A stretch of 62,136 nucleotides of DNA, counting the filler, from Choristocarpus tenellus KU-1152 (Eukaryota > Protista > Phaeophyceae): the NCBI GenBank assembly GCA_964200185.2. It is 7 parts of 7 records of this genome, joined end to end, with 100 filler letters (N's around TTAATTAATTAA, not from the genome) between each part and the next. Parts side by side here need not be neighbours in the genome. Positions count along the whole stretch, not along the records: positions 1 to 3,015 come from CAXNAD020022922.1; positions 3,116 to 26,552 come from CAXNAD020000247.1; 5 more parts are not named here. One strand, given 5' to 3'. Each line of letters starts with the position of its first letter. Position 1 is the first letter of the stretch. Below the pieces are notes generated by a model. It worked only from the letters and a program-made list of their open reading frames with translations, had not been told where the DNA came from and ran no database searches. The translations under genes and the position numbers were made by a program. Below, piece after piece: positions 1 through 13,900 of this stretch.

Positions 1-1266
1 GTAATTTTCCCCATTTTTCACGAAAGTTCACCCTCTTGCCCCCCCCCCCCCCCCCCCCCCCCCAGATACTTTGGATCAGTGTGAGGGGACAGGATTCAAG
101 GACTTTGTATAGCGCAGAGATATTGTTAAGGACACATCTATTTTATTGGCACTGGTGCTGCTGTGTAACTTCTGCCATGGTCCTGTGGATGTGCTTTTAC
201 TCTATTTTGTTCTCCTCTTGTTATTCCCCTTTGTTCCATCTCGAATGTTTCTTTCTGAATAAACGGGGGTACAGGGTAAACCGATTTCTTGTTACATGTA
301 CGCACTGAACCTTCTCTTCTTATTCAATTTGTTCTTGTTTTTATATTTTTTTATACACCTATTCTTTCTCTGTCTTTGCGTTTCTGGATTGTTTCTACAT
401 TATTTTTTTGTTGAATTCCTGCATCATCTCCGGGTTTTTTTACAGATCTACTACTCTGTTATTATGTTCACTTTTTGTTAATTTAGCTTTGGCCACAGGA
501 TTGGTTGAGCATGTTTTATGTGGGGTCCTTCCTTCTCCATGATGATGACTGCACCGAATTTTGAGCATCATGGCATCACGCATTAAACTAATTGGGCCAT
601 CAATCATTCAATCAGTTGTCAATGACTGTCTTCTGTGCAATAACTTCACGGATTCAAACCTCCTCGACGCCATATTTCTATTCAGGGATATCTGTCTTCA
701 ACGATCCAAGTCCACATGTAAGCACTACACACTGTACGCATGTACTATCCTATCTGTCACCATACCACAAAAACATGATAAACCCAAAATTGTGAGGTGG
801 CAAGGCTTCATTGCCAAGCTATCTATGCAAAGGGCAGTCCACCACAAGATTCGAGGGAGAGGTGGAGTGATGAGCGGTGGGATGGCTGAACCCAGCTTGT
901 GAGAAGCAAGACATGAACGGAGGCAGTACAACTGGTCAATTGTAGTGCAACAGTCTCGTACAGTGTGTGTTACGATAAGTAGTGCAGTACGTGGAGCCTT
1001 TGAGACCACAGACCAGGACAGTTTCCAGGATAAAATGACTAATCAATGTGAGTAGCGAAGATGCACGCAGACCTGGCCAATAGGTGGGGGGTCGAGTTGC
1101 CATTGACATTTAGAAAGATTTACGACACCAGAATAGCCAACAGTACTTAGATGACTTCCGGCATTTGACTACGAACGACAGTCGAATAATATACATTAGA
1201 AGAACCGGTACCTACCTCTATGAGACGAAGCCAGTTGGTACATTTCAAGGAAATAACACAACTCTA

Positions 1267-1527
1267 GAGTGAAAGTATCTCTTATAGGGTACGAGTTTTT
1301 CCCTGTTTGTCCATTTGGGGCTTGGCTTCCCATGTTTTTTTTAGTGACATTTTCTTACTGCAAACTGTTTAGGAGTAGGTGAAATGTATATGTTATGAAA
1401 AGGTGTGTCCGAAACATAGATATCGACACTTTTTAACAAACACGATAACTAAAATTATATCAAAATCTCAACATTGGATTTTGGTCCCCAAGTGGATGCG
1501 GCTCTACCCTCTAAGATAATTTGGCTC
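1267..1527 (+). mobile_element. MITE family A copy (~255 bp)
   Basis: TIR GAGTGAAAGTATCT..GGGTA / TACCCTCTAAGATA.TTTG.CTC, internal hairpin, TSD CTA. Confidence 0.9.
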
Positions 1528-2488
1528 CTATCAAGCTAAGATCGGATCTGATATCATGACATCCATTCATCTTGAGCTTCCCTCCTCGAGTCTCATTTTC
1601 CATGTACATTCTTGAGCATTGAGGTCACTACATCACCTCAAGTATGTGAGTTAACTCATTGCTGAACTACCTTTCCTCCATGCCTCAAAAATTCACCGCA
1701 CTTTCTCAATGCGGTATCCGTCTCTGTGGATACACTAGGAAGCGAAGTAAAGGTGTTATACCCAGGTTTCGGCCGTTTTGCATTTCAAGCCAGTTTTCTC
1801 CGTATATACTGCCATTCACCCATATTTCTATGAATGAAGCGCTAAGTTTGACTTGAGAGCGTTTTTTTTTTTATTGTTTATAACCTTTCTACAGAATTTA
1901 GAAAGGCTCCAATATGCATTTGTTAGAAACCCAAATTCGGGACACATATGCCAGCATCCTTATAATGCAACTCAGGCATATATAATTTTCGAAGATATTT
2001 TTTCTTTATGTGGAAGGAGTCAACTGCTACCGTGTGTTCCCAATTGCAGATTGACAGGGTAGGTGTCTTTTTACACTAGTACTATGTACTCTGTAAGATA
2101 CGCATAGTACTTTACAGCACTATTGTGCCTATTGACAAGATTTAGAGGTATCCAATCGTGGACGTATTGTTGAGTATTAGGACAAAGGCTCTTCAAGGTA
2201 GTGAGTGATTTCGCACTTTGGTACCGCACTGGTAATTTCGGATAAATCATGGTACTCTACGATAGGGTCTATTGTGAAGAAAAATGTACAGTACATGAAT
2301 GGTTACATTGGAAAAACCGTGGTACAATTCGGTAGCGTCTACTGTGAAATATGTCGTGCGATATGGTAATAGTGATTTTGAAACCAAAACTTTCGTGCTG
2401 GATTTTTTTTCGGCGTCTCGGTAAGTAAGCAGGGAGTTTTCTAGGTGAGTTGGCTACGCAAGCGTTAGGGGAGAAAGGGGCGGGAGGC

Positions 2489-2862
2489 TGTAGAACTATT
2501 CCACACTGGACCCGTGGCTTTTATGGTGCTTTAATGAAGGACAAAGAACAGCCTGATGTAGATGAACAAAGTTAATATTACAGGGGGCTTTATGGTCTCG
2601 ATTCCGCTGACTGAATATGTGGGTGAGACGAGCCTATACAACCATTACTATTCTACAGTATGGGGTTTGTAATCGTCCACACTAATTTACTATGAATCAC
2701 TTATTTACTTGTCTTAAGTATAGGAAGTGTATCTTGAACATGATATAAATAAAAACCAATCAACACTATGAGTCAGTACATACAATATATCTGTCACTGG
2801 CTCTCCATCCTATTATCTAATCCACCGGTGGCGTCTACGTGTATCAGCACTATCTACGAACA
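2489..2862 (-). mobile_element. Solo LTR of an LTR retrotransposon
   Basis: TG...CA ends, perfect 5-bp TSD GAGGC; reverse-complement homolog of 54907-55280. Confidence 0.9.
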
Positions 2863-3015
2863 GAGGCTACAGGAGGAAAGGAGCTGTCAAATCTCGTTTA
2901 CGACAGAAAAGTGTCCGTTTCAAGACCCAAAGTATCTGGGGGGGGGGGGGGGGGCCCACCCCAGAAGCTCATTTTGAAAAAAACAAGAAAGAGGTCGGTT
3001 CATTACTCCATCCCA

Positions 3016-3115
3016 NNNNNNNNNNNNNNNNNNNNNNNNNNNNNNNNNNNNNNNNNNNNTTAATTAATTAANNNNNNNNNNNNNNNNNNNNNNNNNNNNN
3101 NNNNNNNNNNNNNNN
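3016..3115. other. Artificial contig-joining spacer (N44-TTAATTAATTAA-N44)
   Basis: Identical 100-nt spacer with stops in all six frames recurs six times in the window. Confidence 0.97.
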
Positions 3116-3394
3116 TTTGATTGCATACGACGAATGACTAGTGTAAGTGCACTTTTCCTAGATTTGGTCAAATGGACATCCTCGTGTAGACAACCCCTCC
3201 CCGGATACTTTGTGTCTGACGTTTTAGAACAACAAACCCTCAAACGTTGTCAAGTCAACATTGTAGGATGGATATGATGGTTGAACATTCTAGGGTAACC
3301 CTTGCGTCGAGCGAGACGTTTTGGGAAGTGCACATTGGTGTTAGCTATAATGAGTTACTGGGTAGATCAGGGACGTAACAGGTCAGATACAATT

Positions 3395-3720
3395 CTAGAG
3401 ATGTACCTATTAAACGATTATACTACTCAATCAATTGCTGAGGTTAGAATAGATCCTTATACAACTGTTACAGGCGAATAGCTGGAGTATTTCTTCCCGC
3501 GCTTTATCCGGCGCGAGCAGTGTACGCGCGTGGGGAACCCCCCAAAAAGGGGAACTCCGATTTGCTAAAGTTGCAGAACAAAATCTGTAACTCGGAAAGT
3601 CGTAAGGGTTCTCAGATATATTCCAATGTCGGTAAACCAAAGAAGCCCCAAAGATAAATGATGATAAGAGATCCTAAAAACGGCTCCAAACAGCTCAGTT
3701 CTTCTGACCTAGAGACCTCC
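3395..3720 (+). repeat. Dispersed repeat family D
   Basis: TGTTACAGGCGAATAGC..TTCTTCCC.CGCT..GGGGAACCCC..GGGAACTCCGATTTGCTA.AAGTTG..ATCTGTAACT recurs in reverse at about 21770-21925; its first motif recurs at 61858. Confidence 0.6.
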
Positions 3721-4984
3721 CCTATAGCATTCTCTCTTACTGATAGCGAAAAACATACATATTTGTTACGCTGATTGATTCATTTGAGAGTACCCCTGTT
3801 CTGCTGAGCTGACGTTCGATTATCTGTGAATTGGAGCTACCCATCTTGTGGAGGTAAGTTTCTGGAGCGTGCCTGTAACACAACTTCGAAACATAACGTA
3901 CCTCAAAGACTTTGGATATTTGTGTCCAATAACTGGAAATCGAGCACATCTATAAGAACAGCAATCTTTCTGATTGACACCGTGAGCTTAGGGGAAATAA
4001 AACGCGGATGGGCAAACTCATTCTTTGGAAGGTGTTACTAGTACCAGTATAGCGACATGAAGTGTGATAGGACCAAAATAGATTCTAAAGCAGAGCTTGA
4101 TGAGCCGGGCTCACACCCATACACCCTAGGTCTTCCATGTTGCATATCGCTACATATTTGTAGGAACACTTGACATTTCAGAATACCTCCTATTTTTCTT
4201 TATACTTGCTGCACAAGGTACATACCTTCATCAGTGTCTCCTGCTGCATTGGCTCACGACACCGAGCCTTCCATTGATGGACAACAAAAAAAAGAGTAGT
4301 GCTATAGGGTTTGCTGGACAAGTAGCTTATCACCTGATCTGCATTGAACCTCAACAATTTTCACATGATTAGTCTTTCTAGTCTCCAAAACCCACCTTAC
4401 ACTCTATAGACAATACACCATGTACGAGTAACTCACACTCTGTATCATCCTGTGTACATCCATCAAGATGTAACACTATCTCCGACATTGTATAACTTGT
4501 GCAACAGTCAAAAAGATCCTCTCATTGTTCTCAACCCTATCTGCCCCCCACCCACATGTTAACTGCCTGGGAAACATGATGTGTATCATAGCAGAAAGGG
4601 CCAAGACAGCAACTGAACATTCAACTGAATATATGCACGCCAATCCTGTTTGTGTGCACAAGAAGCTTATGTGTCATACACCTTCAAACGCAACTCAATC
4701 AATTGGACAAACAACACTACATATCACCATCCCTCCTCAAGGCCTTCCCATAACTAAAATCCTTGCAAACTGATGTATAGAGGTTCTGCGCCTGCAAAAT
4801 GTCGTAGGATGACTTGACATGAAGTAAAACTATTCCTCTAGAACACGTTAACACACAGCTCTACATGATGAGAAATAGAGAGCATTACAGGTACACACTT
4901 GAGGGAGTGAGACCAAGTGAGGATTGCCCAGGAATTGGTTGGTGGGACTGATCACTCTTCCAGTGAGGTGGTGCTGACAACATA

Positions 4985-7900
4985 CTACTGTTTCCAGCTG
5001 GACAAGCAGTCAACCATGCGAATCACTGCGTAAGCGTCTCCCTCAATCTGGTAAAATGCAGGTGGATATATATATATATAATGGCAACACAGACATACAT
5101 GCAAGGGTAAGAGGGCGGCGAGTTATTTTTGTGCAAAGTGGACCATCTTTATCGTGGGGTGGGGAGTTTCACCCAGATGCATGTAAGGTCCAGGTCTTTC
5201 AAACCCCAAACAGAAATCAACTCTAGTATCAACATTAAAAAAATAGAATTGTGGCAGGAAGGCTTTTTTTACGGCAAGGTAAGTGGTCCACTAAACACTT
5301 GTGGGAGGACAAGGAGCGACAAGTGCGGCAACCTAACCCTAACCCTTAATGACAAAGCCCCATGCACGAGAAAAAAATGCAAGGAATGCATTGGACAGTG
5401 CAACCAGTTGAAGTGCAATGGTTAGATTCTAGTTAGTGAGAGGTGTTGCACCATGTAGTGCCTATGACCATGCTTTGGGGCTATGTTCGTAGTCAAAGAA
5501 AAATGTGGAGATAAACATAATAGATAGGCCCCCTGGGGAGTGGCCAGACTGATCGTGACCTGCACCAATGTATCATTGGAGAAGCGAGAGGCGTGTGCGG
5601 CACAATCGATGTATCTTTAGTGTCAATGGGGAGGAGTGTTAATGGCAATGGTGTTATAGTTGTGGGATGTGTATCCATCCTGTTGTCTTATGATACCTGG
5701 CGACTATTGGTTCATTGTGGCAGGTGGCAGAGGAAGGAGGATCACACACCATATCACCACAGCGTACAGGGGGGCATTACGCCTACTCCTATGTCCCAGC
5801 AAACTTCCTTCCGAGGAAAATGTACTGAAAGATTGTCCTATACCATAAGCCCACAGAGCAAATGACTTGTCCAACATATATTCCTGTGAGAGCCCACCAG
5901 CACAATCGAGACTGTAGATTGCCAAAGTATGGTATATCTGGACTTGTAATCCTTGTTCTTTTTATTTTTGGCTGATGTACATATGATTCTTCATGTTACT
6001 AATAGCAACATTTGGTTTGTGTGTGTACAGTACTTCAAAGCATCTCCTCATGCGAACACTCTGATCAGTATAGTGTGGATGGGTTCTCAAACCCTCAGCA
6101 GAAGAAGACTGAGATGAGAGGCCATGCATTACCTGCAATTGTACAAATTACGTTTTATTGCCCTTCTGGGTACCCTCAAAATGCAATCCTGCCTACCTCT
6201 CAGTTGGATTGGCTCTGGTGGCTTCATACAGGGGCAACTCTGTGAGTTGAAGGTAAAGAGCTATCATTTACAGTTGGCCATCATCCCCTCTTCAAGCAGT
6301 TCTAGCGAGCATTTGCTCATTGTCCTGCCTGTGTACCCAAACTGCCAAGCCATCAAAGCAGGGAAGCATATCGTCTCTTGAGTTTCTCGAGATAGAGAAG
6401 ACCACCAAGGCTACTACTGTAAAATGAAGAGTGACATTTGGCTTCCTCTACACGCAAATGGCACCACAGATGTACAGGCGAGGAAAAGAGAAGAGGGCGG
6501 CGAGCACACCGGAGAAGAACAAACTCTTTCCTTATCTGACATCTGGATCTTTTAATCCTCCAACTAATACACTGCCCTTACACTCCTTTTCTCCGTCTCA
6601 CCCTTGGGGACAGTTCTTGGACTAAACCTGCACAATTGGACTTGAGAATGATATGCTGTGCTTGGTCAACAAACTTCATGTGCATATCTACACTCTCATG
6701 GACTAGTTTGCGTAAAACGGAGGAGGCACACAACTGGTGGCTATCAGAAAATGTCCCCACCACAGTGCCAGCATTCTTCATGTACCAAGAAATACAGGGC
6801 GATACCTCTGACATGCACACAGCTCTGACTTGCCTTTGCTGTCTTCACATCAACCACATGCAGGATTGCAGCCTACTCATAGGACAGACCTCCTCAATGA
6901 CACTGGGAAGAAGGAACGGGCTCCAGAAACTTCACATAATTATCATCAAGCTCATTAAGCACCCTTGCCATCCTCAAGGATAAGTTGCCTGAAAAGGGTC
7001 TTCTCCGCATACCAAAGACCTCTATTCATAGCGCTATCATGTCTGCTCCAGGTGTGCATCATGCATGGTCCCAGCATAGAATAAACTATCCCCTCTGTGT
7101 GACATCCATGTATCATTGACACCATCTTTGTACCTTCCACATACGCTTATGAGGTTGGTTGCTGTAGATACATATTTGTGAGCACGTCAACCCTGTCATT
7201 CATCAAAACTGAAACAAAAATCGATTGGGGTTGTGATGAGTCAATGCTACACGGTATATTGATCCTGCGAGTGGCACCGACCAAAAGACTTATGAGACTA
7301 TCAAACATGTGAGTTTTGCCCTGTTTGTCTGTTTGGGGCTTTGTTTCCCACGGGTTTTATGCAACATTTTCCTACTCTGAAATGTTTCAGAGTAGTAAAA
7401 TGCGTATGTTATGAAAAGATGTGTCCGGACCAAGGATATTGACACTACCTAACAAATACGATAGCCAAAATTATATCAAAATCGCAACATTGGATTTTGT
7501 CCGCCAAACGGACGTGACTCTACCCTCTAAGATACTTTGACTCATGTACACAAACAGGTGCAGCATGATGAGAATGAGCATGACATCCTTTCGTCTGAAG
7601 TTCTTCCATAGGTTGCTGCATATCATGGAAGATGTGGAGATTCTCTTCGATGATGAAAAGGAGTGGGATCACCCAGATGTGCTACCCTGCCTTGACACTG
7701 TGCAGGACATGTATTGTGTAGAAGTCAAACTCTAATGTGGCAGTTTCTGCAAGGGTCAAGGAGCCAGATGGATGATGTGCTGGAAGGACAGTGAGAGAGT
7801 GAAAAACTTTAAGAGTGGGTCTTGTTAGAGGCACATGTACTCAACAATGATGACTAACACTCTGCTTTCCTTGCTTCCCTCACTGTTGGTTTATCCATTT

Positions 7901-10900
7901 CACAACTCCATACTTCAACTCTTACCTCAGGTTCGTACTCGACCTGACTAAGCAACTCGGCAATGAAGCCTTGGGACGTTGGTCTCGGTCTGGTGGTGTT
8001 GTAGTACAGGAACAGATACAACAACACATTTCTATGAACAGGAGTTCGATACGATGAGATTTGAACACGCGATGTTCATGTTCGTATGAGGAAAATATCA
8101 ATCTTTGCTATAAACCAAACAATAAAAAAAGGTACCACCGGGGTTCGAACCCGGGACCTTACCCATGTCAACGACATGCTCTAACCAACTGAACCATGGC
8201 GCCTTCTTAAGATAGGGGTGAAGATTTCGCGTTAAGAACATCGCTTCTTGGAACCAATGTAGGTTTACTTCCAACACAAGAAAAAATATACCTTTATTAC
8301 AGGTGTATTATTACTAGTATCAATTACTGGCGCTGTAAGATACGTTTGGCACGGCACCATTATCTAGGCAAATCCAGTGATTCAACTTTTTCAAGATTAA
8401 AACATTTGATTGTGAGAATGACGAGGTCCAAGCATCTAAGGACCATCGTAGAATATTTTTCACAGGTGGAATGTATTTCCAAGTTTTCACAATGTTGATG
8501 TGCTTTCTTCTATCAAGTGGTGGAACGAGATGGTGAGATAATCCATTCCAAAGTGTCTCTATCTCTATGGTTCAGCTGTCTGGTGTGGAATAACGTCCCA
8601 AATTTCAGGGCTATTGCATATATTCTTGGAGCCTGAAGTAGGTGACAGAAACCACAAACCCACGCAATGTCTTAGTAGTATTCTACATCGGCCTGGCTTC
8701 ACCAGCATGCATTTCGTTGAGTGGACAACCCACAACTTGAGCCAAATGACCAGATCCTACTGTATATCATGAGCTAGTTGTACCACTGTTACAACAACTT
8801 TGCCCCTAAGCCATCTGGATTGTCTCTCATCAAGTTTTAACATTTTACCACTAACCCCCTTCACATGTAGTCAGCAGCAATATCTGGTCTGTTTTCAATA
8901 TCAACTTCCTGTACTAATATGGACTACACTTTTTTCCTCGGCTGTGAATCGAGAAGGGTTTTGTGACATCAAGCTACTACACTAGATTAAAAAAACATTC
9001 AAATCACTTCGTACACAACTAGATTCCAGCATGTACATGGTGCATGAGACAGGGTGCGTGGGTGTATCCATTAGCAGACAGCAGAGTGCACCTATACACA
9101 CGGAAATTTGAGGCTAGTTGAAAGGTTAAATTCATTACATTGTATCAGTTATTCTTTGATTCTCAGCTGCAGAAAGAACACTTAAAAAAAAACAAGGATG
9201 GAACTTTGGTTTGAGATCTTAAAGAAGCGACAAGGGAAACTACAGGAGCTGTCAGAATTGCTTTGACCCATAACAAAACGACAATCCGTGTGGAGGTTGT
9301 CATGAGAAATACGTCAAGACATTGATGTTCAGGTGGAGGTCTTCTTGCCTGTTTACCAAGAATGGACATCTATGTTCAAAAACCCATCACATCCCTCAGT
9401 CTTGTGTGATGAGAGCTACCCTAATTTGGACTCACGAAGGTAGAGCACATGAAAGATATGCAAATAGAACCAAATACTACCAACAACATACCGTGAAGTG
9501 TAAGCCAACAAGTACATCCTTCGAAGAATATCCATATGCATATATTAGGGTTTCATGAGGGCTCTTTCTTCTGAGTTTCCCTTACATCTTGGTTCGCTGT
9601 GAGGCAAGGAATAGCTCCACAACTTGTGGGGTAGATAATCGAATACTAATATGTAGATCCATCCTGACCGGCTTAAGCACTTGCAAATCGCAACAAACAA
9701 ATCTTTGGTTTGGTCTTGATGGAAATGCCAGTTGACCTCGGCTCAGCAGACCACACAGGAAGGTAGACACAAGACAAGAAACTGCACTACCTCTCACACT
9801 GCCCATCCAGCCAAGATGCTGCTGATCGCAGAGCATGCACCAGCACAAGATCGGCTTTGAATGCACTTATCTCCAAAACGTTGAGGTACTAGAGCAACAT
9901 TGATGTGCATGAGTCACTTGTTGTAGATAGGGTTAAATAACGTTGGCATCAAGTACACTTTGAGGACACCAAGATTTTCAGATGATAACTATTGAGCATT
10001 TCCTGCACATTCTTCTTTCAAAGCAGGAAAAAATGAGGACCTTTGATTGCTGCCAAGAGAAAGTTAGTATCACCTGCAGTAAAACCTGATCTTCCTAAGA
10101 CCAGAAGGTGACTAACATCGTCCAGAGTGACATTTGTTGCAAGTGTACTGGAGGACAGGGGAAGTGAGGGGAAGTGACCACCGACACAGAAAACCCCAAG
10201 GCCCTCATAGCACTTCCACATCATGGATATGTGGTCCACTATCCATGACTCTTTCATCCTTTGCAGCAGAAAGATTAAACCTGGCCCTGTAAGGACGTAC
10301 ACAAAACGACGTGAACTACGAAATAGATCTCACCATCCCTGACAATTGCACCCTATCCAGCCCACCTATCTCCTACCTCACAAAGATACCATTGTACACA
10401 CACAACACTTGCGGCCTTAAAACACAGTACAACATTTAGTGTATAAACTGTGCTCTACGACGTTCAATCCCCACCTACGATGGTTAAGAGTTCACACAAA
10501 CAGTATAGCATATTCATTCCAGTCAATCCTGGATTTTTCTTGACTGTAATGCTTCCGCTAGAAATAACGTAGGAGGCAAAGCGGACAAAAAAAACTTGAT
10601 TATTAGAACACCTCTCTAATGTCTCAGCAGAGAGGTTAGAGTCCAGTTGTTCCTGTGGGACAAATCTCCCTCGATTTCTATGTGGATTGAAGTCACAAAT
10701 TAGGCAAAGTAGGTTCCTAATGTGAGAAGCACATCTTGAGAGGACAGATACACTACGGTACTGTAGTACTACCACATGTTGACTCTTTGAGTCCACAGCA
10801 TTTCCCAGAAAAAAGAAAGGCACCACTGAGGTTCGAACTCAGGGCCTTTGGGTTATCAGCATCACGCCTTACCTATACACTACTATTAAAACTGCTCTAA

Positions 10901-13900
10901 AAGCACGACATCCTACAAGTGTAGGAACTGTATCATTGAGAGCTTGCATACCTCCAAACAGTTCCATTTGAAAGGTAAATAATTCTGAGCGGACTACCTT
11001 CGGTGTTAAGTTTGGATGGGTGTGACACAAGAGACAAATATAGTAACTTGGTAGCACATTGATCAAGCAATGAATCAGATCGCCAAGACACTCTACAACA
11101 CTGCCTTTGAGCCAGGTAGATACACGTCCTAATGCTACAATATTATTCTCTTCACTAAATTGATGAAAGAGACTCCTCAGTTCTCTAATCAAAAGTGGAG
11201 CAGCATTCCTCTACCGTAAGATCACCCAAATACTACGATACTGCTGTATCATCTGCCTGAAGTGCAAGGAAAACTTCATCAGGAACCCTAACCCTGAGAT
11301 CGAGTTTAGAGATCACGTATATGGTAGGATTCCAGATGAAACTTTCCAGTACGGTACGCTTTGACCTGGTTACACATTCTGACTAAAGATGTCAGCTCAG
11401 CAAGAGTCAACCAAGCACCCCTTGTGATTCTCCTTTGAAGAGCAGATGAGCCACATCATGTATGCTTCAAGGTTGCAGCCCACTCAACTATCTTTAAATT
11501 ACAGTTCACCTGTGCCTCATTTCGTATACTGTAGTATGCCTCTCCACCGGGAGCTTGAACCTTGTACTACCAATGTGATACACAGGAAGCTCAATGTCAC
11601 TTCATACAACTGCAAAAAAACAAAAAAATATTCCATACATAGTCCAGAAATAACCGTACAGTTCTGATTTGCCTAGAGCTTCAAATCAATCGACAAATTA
11701 CTTCAGCTCTGTATCACTGCTCTCTTGCTGTTTTCTTGAGATACACAGGGACCCTGTTTTACCCTGAAACTGAGTATCATGTTAGAAATACCGACTCCTT
11801 GTTCCACACTGCAAAGTTTATGCAGGTACTTGATCTCTGTACTTGCTTATGCACAGCACACAGACACACAAAATCTCATAAGTTGAAATAGAGTAGCACC
11901 CCCTTTCTTACACACCAAAGAGGTGCATCAGAACACCTTTGTGACACACACACACACACACAACATAACTCAAAAATATACTCTGGCATTCTACCACCAC
12001 TACCTATCCATCTCCCCGGCAAAAACAATAAGACACTTGAACACGAAAGGCTACTGACTCAATTCAACCACCAATCACAGAGACATTACATCCTACCGAA
12101 AACACATGGGTACATACACTCCACATCACTTCAATGCTATTTCACAAGTTCCTCCACCTCCAACAGGGACCCTCTCTCTTTGTACACGTCACATCTCACC
12201 TTGACCTCCACCGGGGCGTACTCCCGAAACTTGACCCAGTCCCCCACCTCAAATGGGCAGGTTGCAATCCCCCCAGTGCTGGTGGTACGTCCTTCTCCAA
12301 TCGCTACCACTCTGCCCTGACTCTTTTGGTCCTTTTCTGCTGCCTGACAACATCATTACATGAACAGATTTTGGGGGTGGAAGGAAAAAAAAAAAAGAGA
12401 TTACGGTGGTGATAATTGATGAGAAGTTGTTGTGTCCTCATACCCCCAGATGATGGAGAGATAGGAAGAAGGCAATATCCACTCTTCATCACACATACTT
12501 TCAACAGATCCAGGACACAGCAAAGATCTCGTCTTCCTCTCTTTGTGATTGGTTGCTGCTTGCTTTAAGAAAGACTCCACGAGTCCTGTCATATGTAAGC
12601 ATGCATATATACATATATATATCCCACAAAAGCAAGTAGCAAGATTTTAATACTCACTCTTGACAGACAATCAAAGGTGGGTGAAGTGAGCTGTCTACAC
12701 TAGATGACAAGATCTTGGAACGTCCCTCTAAAAGGTCACAGCAGTGAAACTTCAACAAGGAAGCCGCAATGACTCTTGCCCAACTCCACGGCAGAGCTAA
12801 GGGCGATCAGAGTTCATACTCCCTCCTGGGAAAAGCAAGTCTCCAATACAAAAAAAACGCAACTCATTGCAGATACAAAAAACACTCACAATCGACTACA
12901 GTACACCGAAACAAACCATACACCTCTGCCACAACCCTAACCCTAACCCTGTCACTCAGTACCCTATGGCACGGTGCTCTGTATAGGGTTAGGGTTAGCC
13001 AACCCTCGTTCAAAAAGATGGAAAAAAAGTACACCAGCAATAGCAAGATACAGAGCCTATTTTCCCCAGGTGGAATTTTTGACCCAGGTATAGCCTTCTC
13101 TATAGCAGTACCAGTCCACAGAAGAGAATTGTCTGCAGTACTGTTTACCAATATCAACTGGTCCACAAAAGAGAACCTCCAGCAGTACTGTTTACCACTT
13201 TGTTACCTCTTTGGTTCAATCGAAACTCAAACGACAGCGCAATAAGTCCATCCTCAACCAAGAGTCACATTTTGTAGCACTCTATTTCAGCACAGTCCCT
13301 GAAAAGAGTTGAAACACGTTTGCCCCACACATGTCCGCAGCTAAAGGCCAGGGTAAGCATCAACAATGAGAATAATAATAAAAAAATGGCAAATGAGGTA
13401 GCAACACAGCCCGAAGTTGGAAGCTTCTGAGCACACCACACCCTCCGCTATTCATTGCCGCTGGGACTACAGCCGCATCTTACCAAAGGGATCAACATCA
13501 CATCTCTAGAAACTTACCATTGCGTCTGTACATATTAGTTTTAGTTTTGAGTCAAAGATTCTTGGAGGGTAGTTTGGGGTTCAAAATTCAATGTTGCAAT
13601 GCTATTGTAATTTCGGCTATCGTGCTCGTTAGGAAGTGTCAATATCCTTGTTCCGGACACACCTCTTCATACCGTATACATTTCATCTACTACGAAACAT
13701 TTTGGAGTAACAAAATGTAATTTAAAAAAAACCGCGGGGAAGCCAAGGCCCAAACGGACAAACAGGGCAAAATTTGTACTCTCTAAGAAATGCTCACTCT
13801 TTGTAAGTACAGAAAAATTAGAAAGCAAGAATCGAACTACTTTTGAATTGAGGCAAACTCACCAAGGCAGAAATGGCGATTCCTGAGTCGGTCTCTGACT

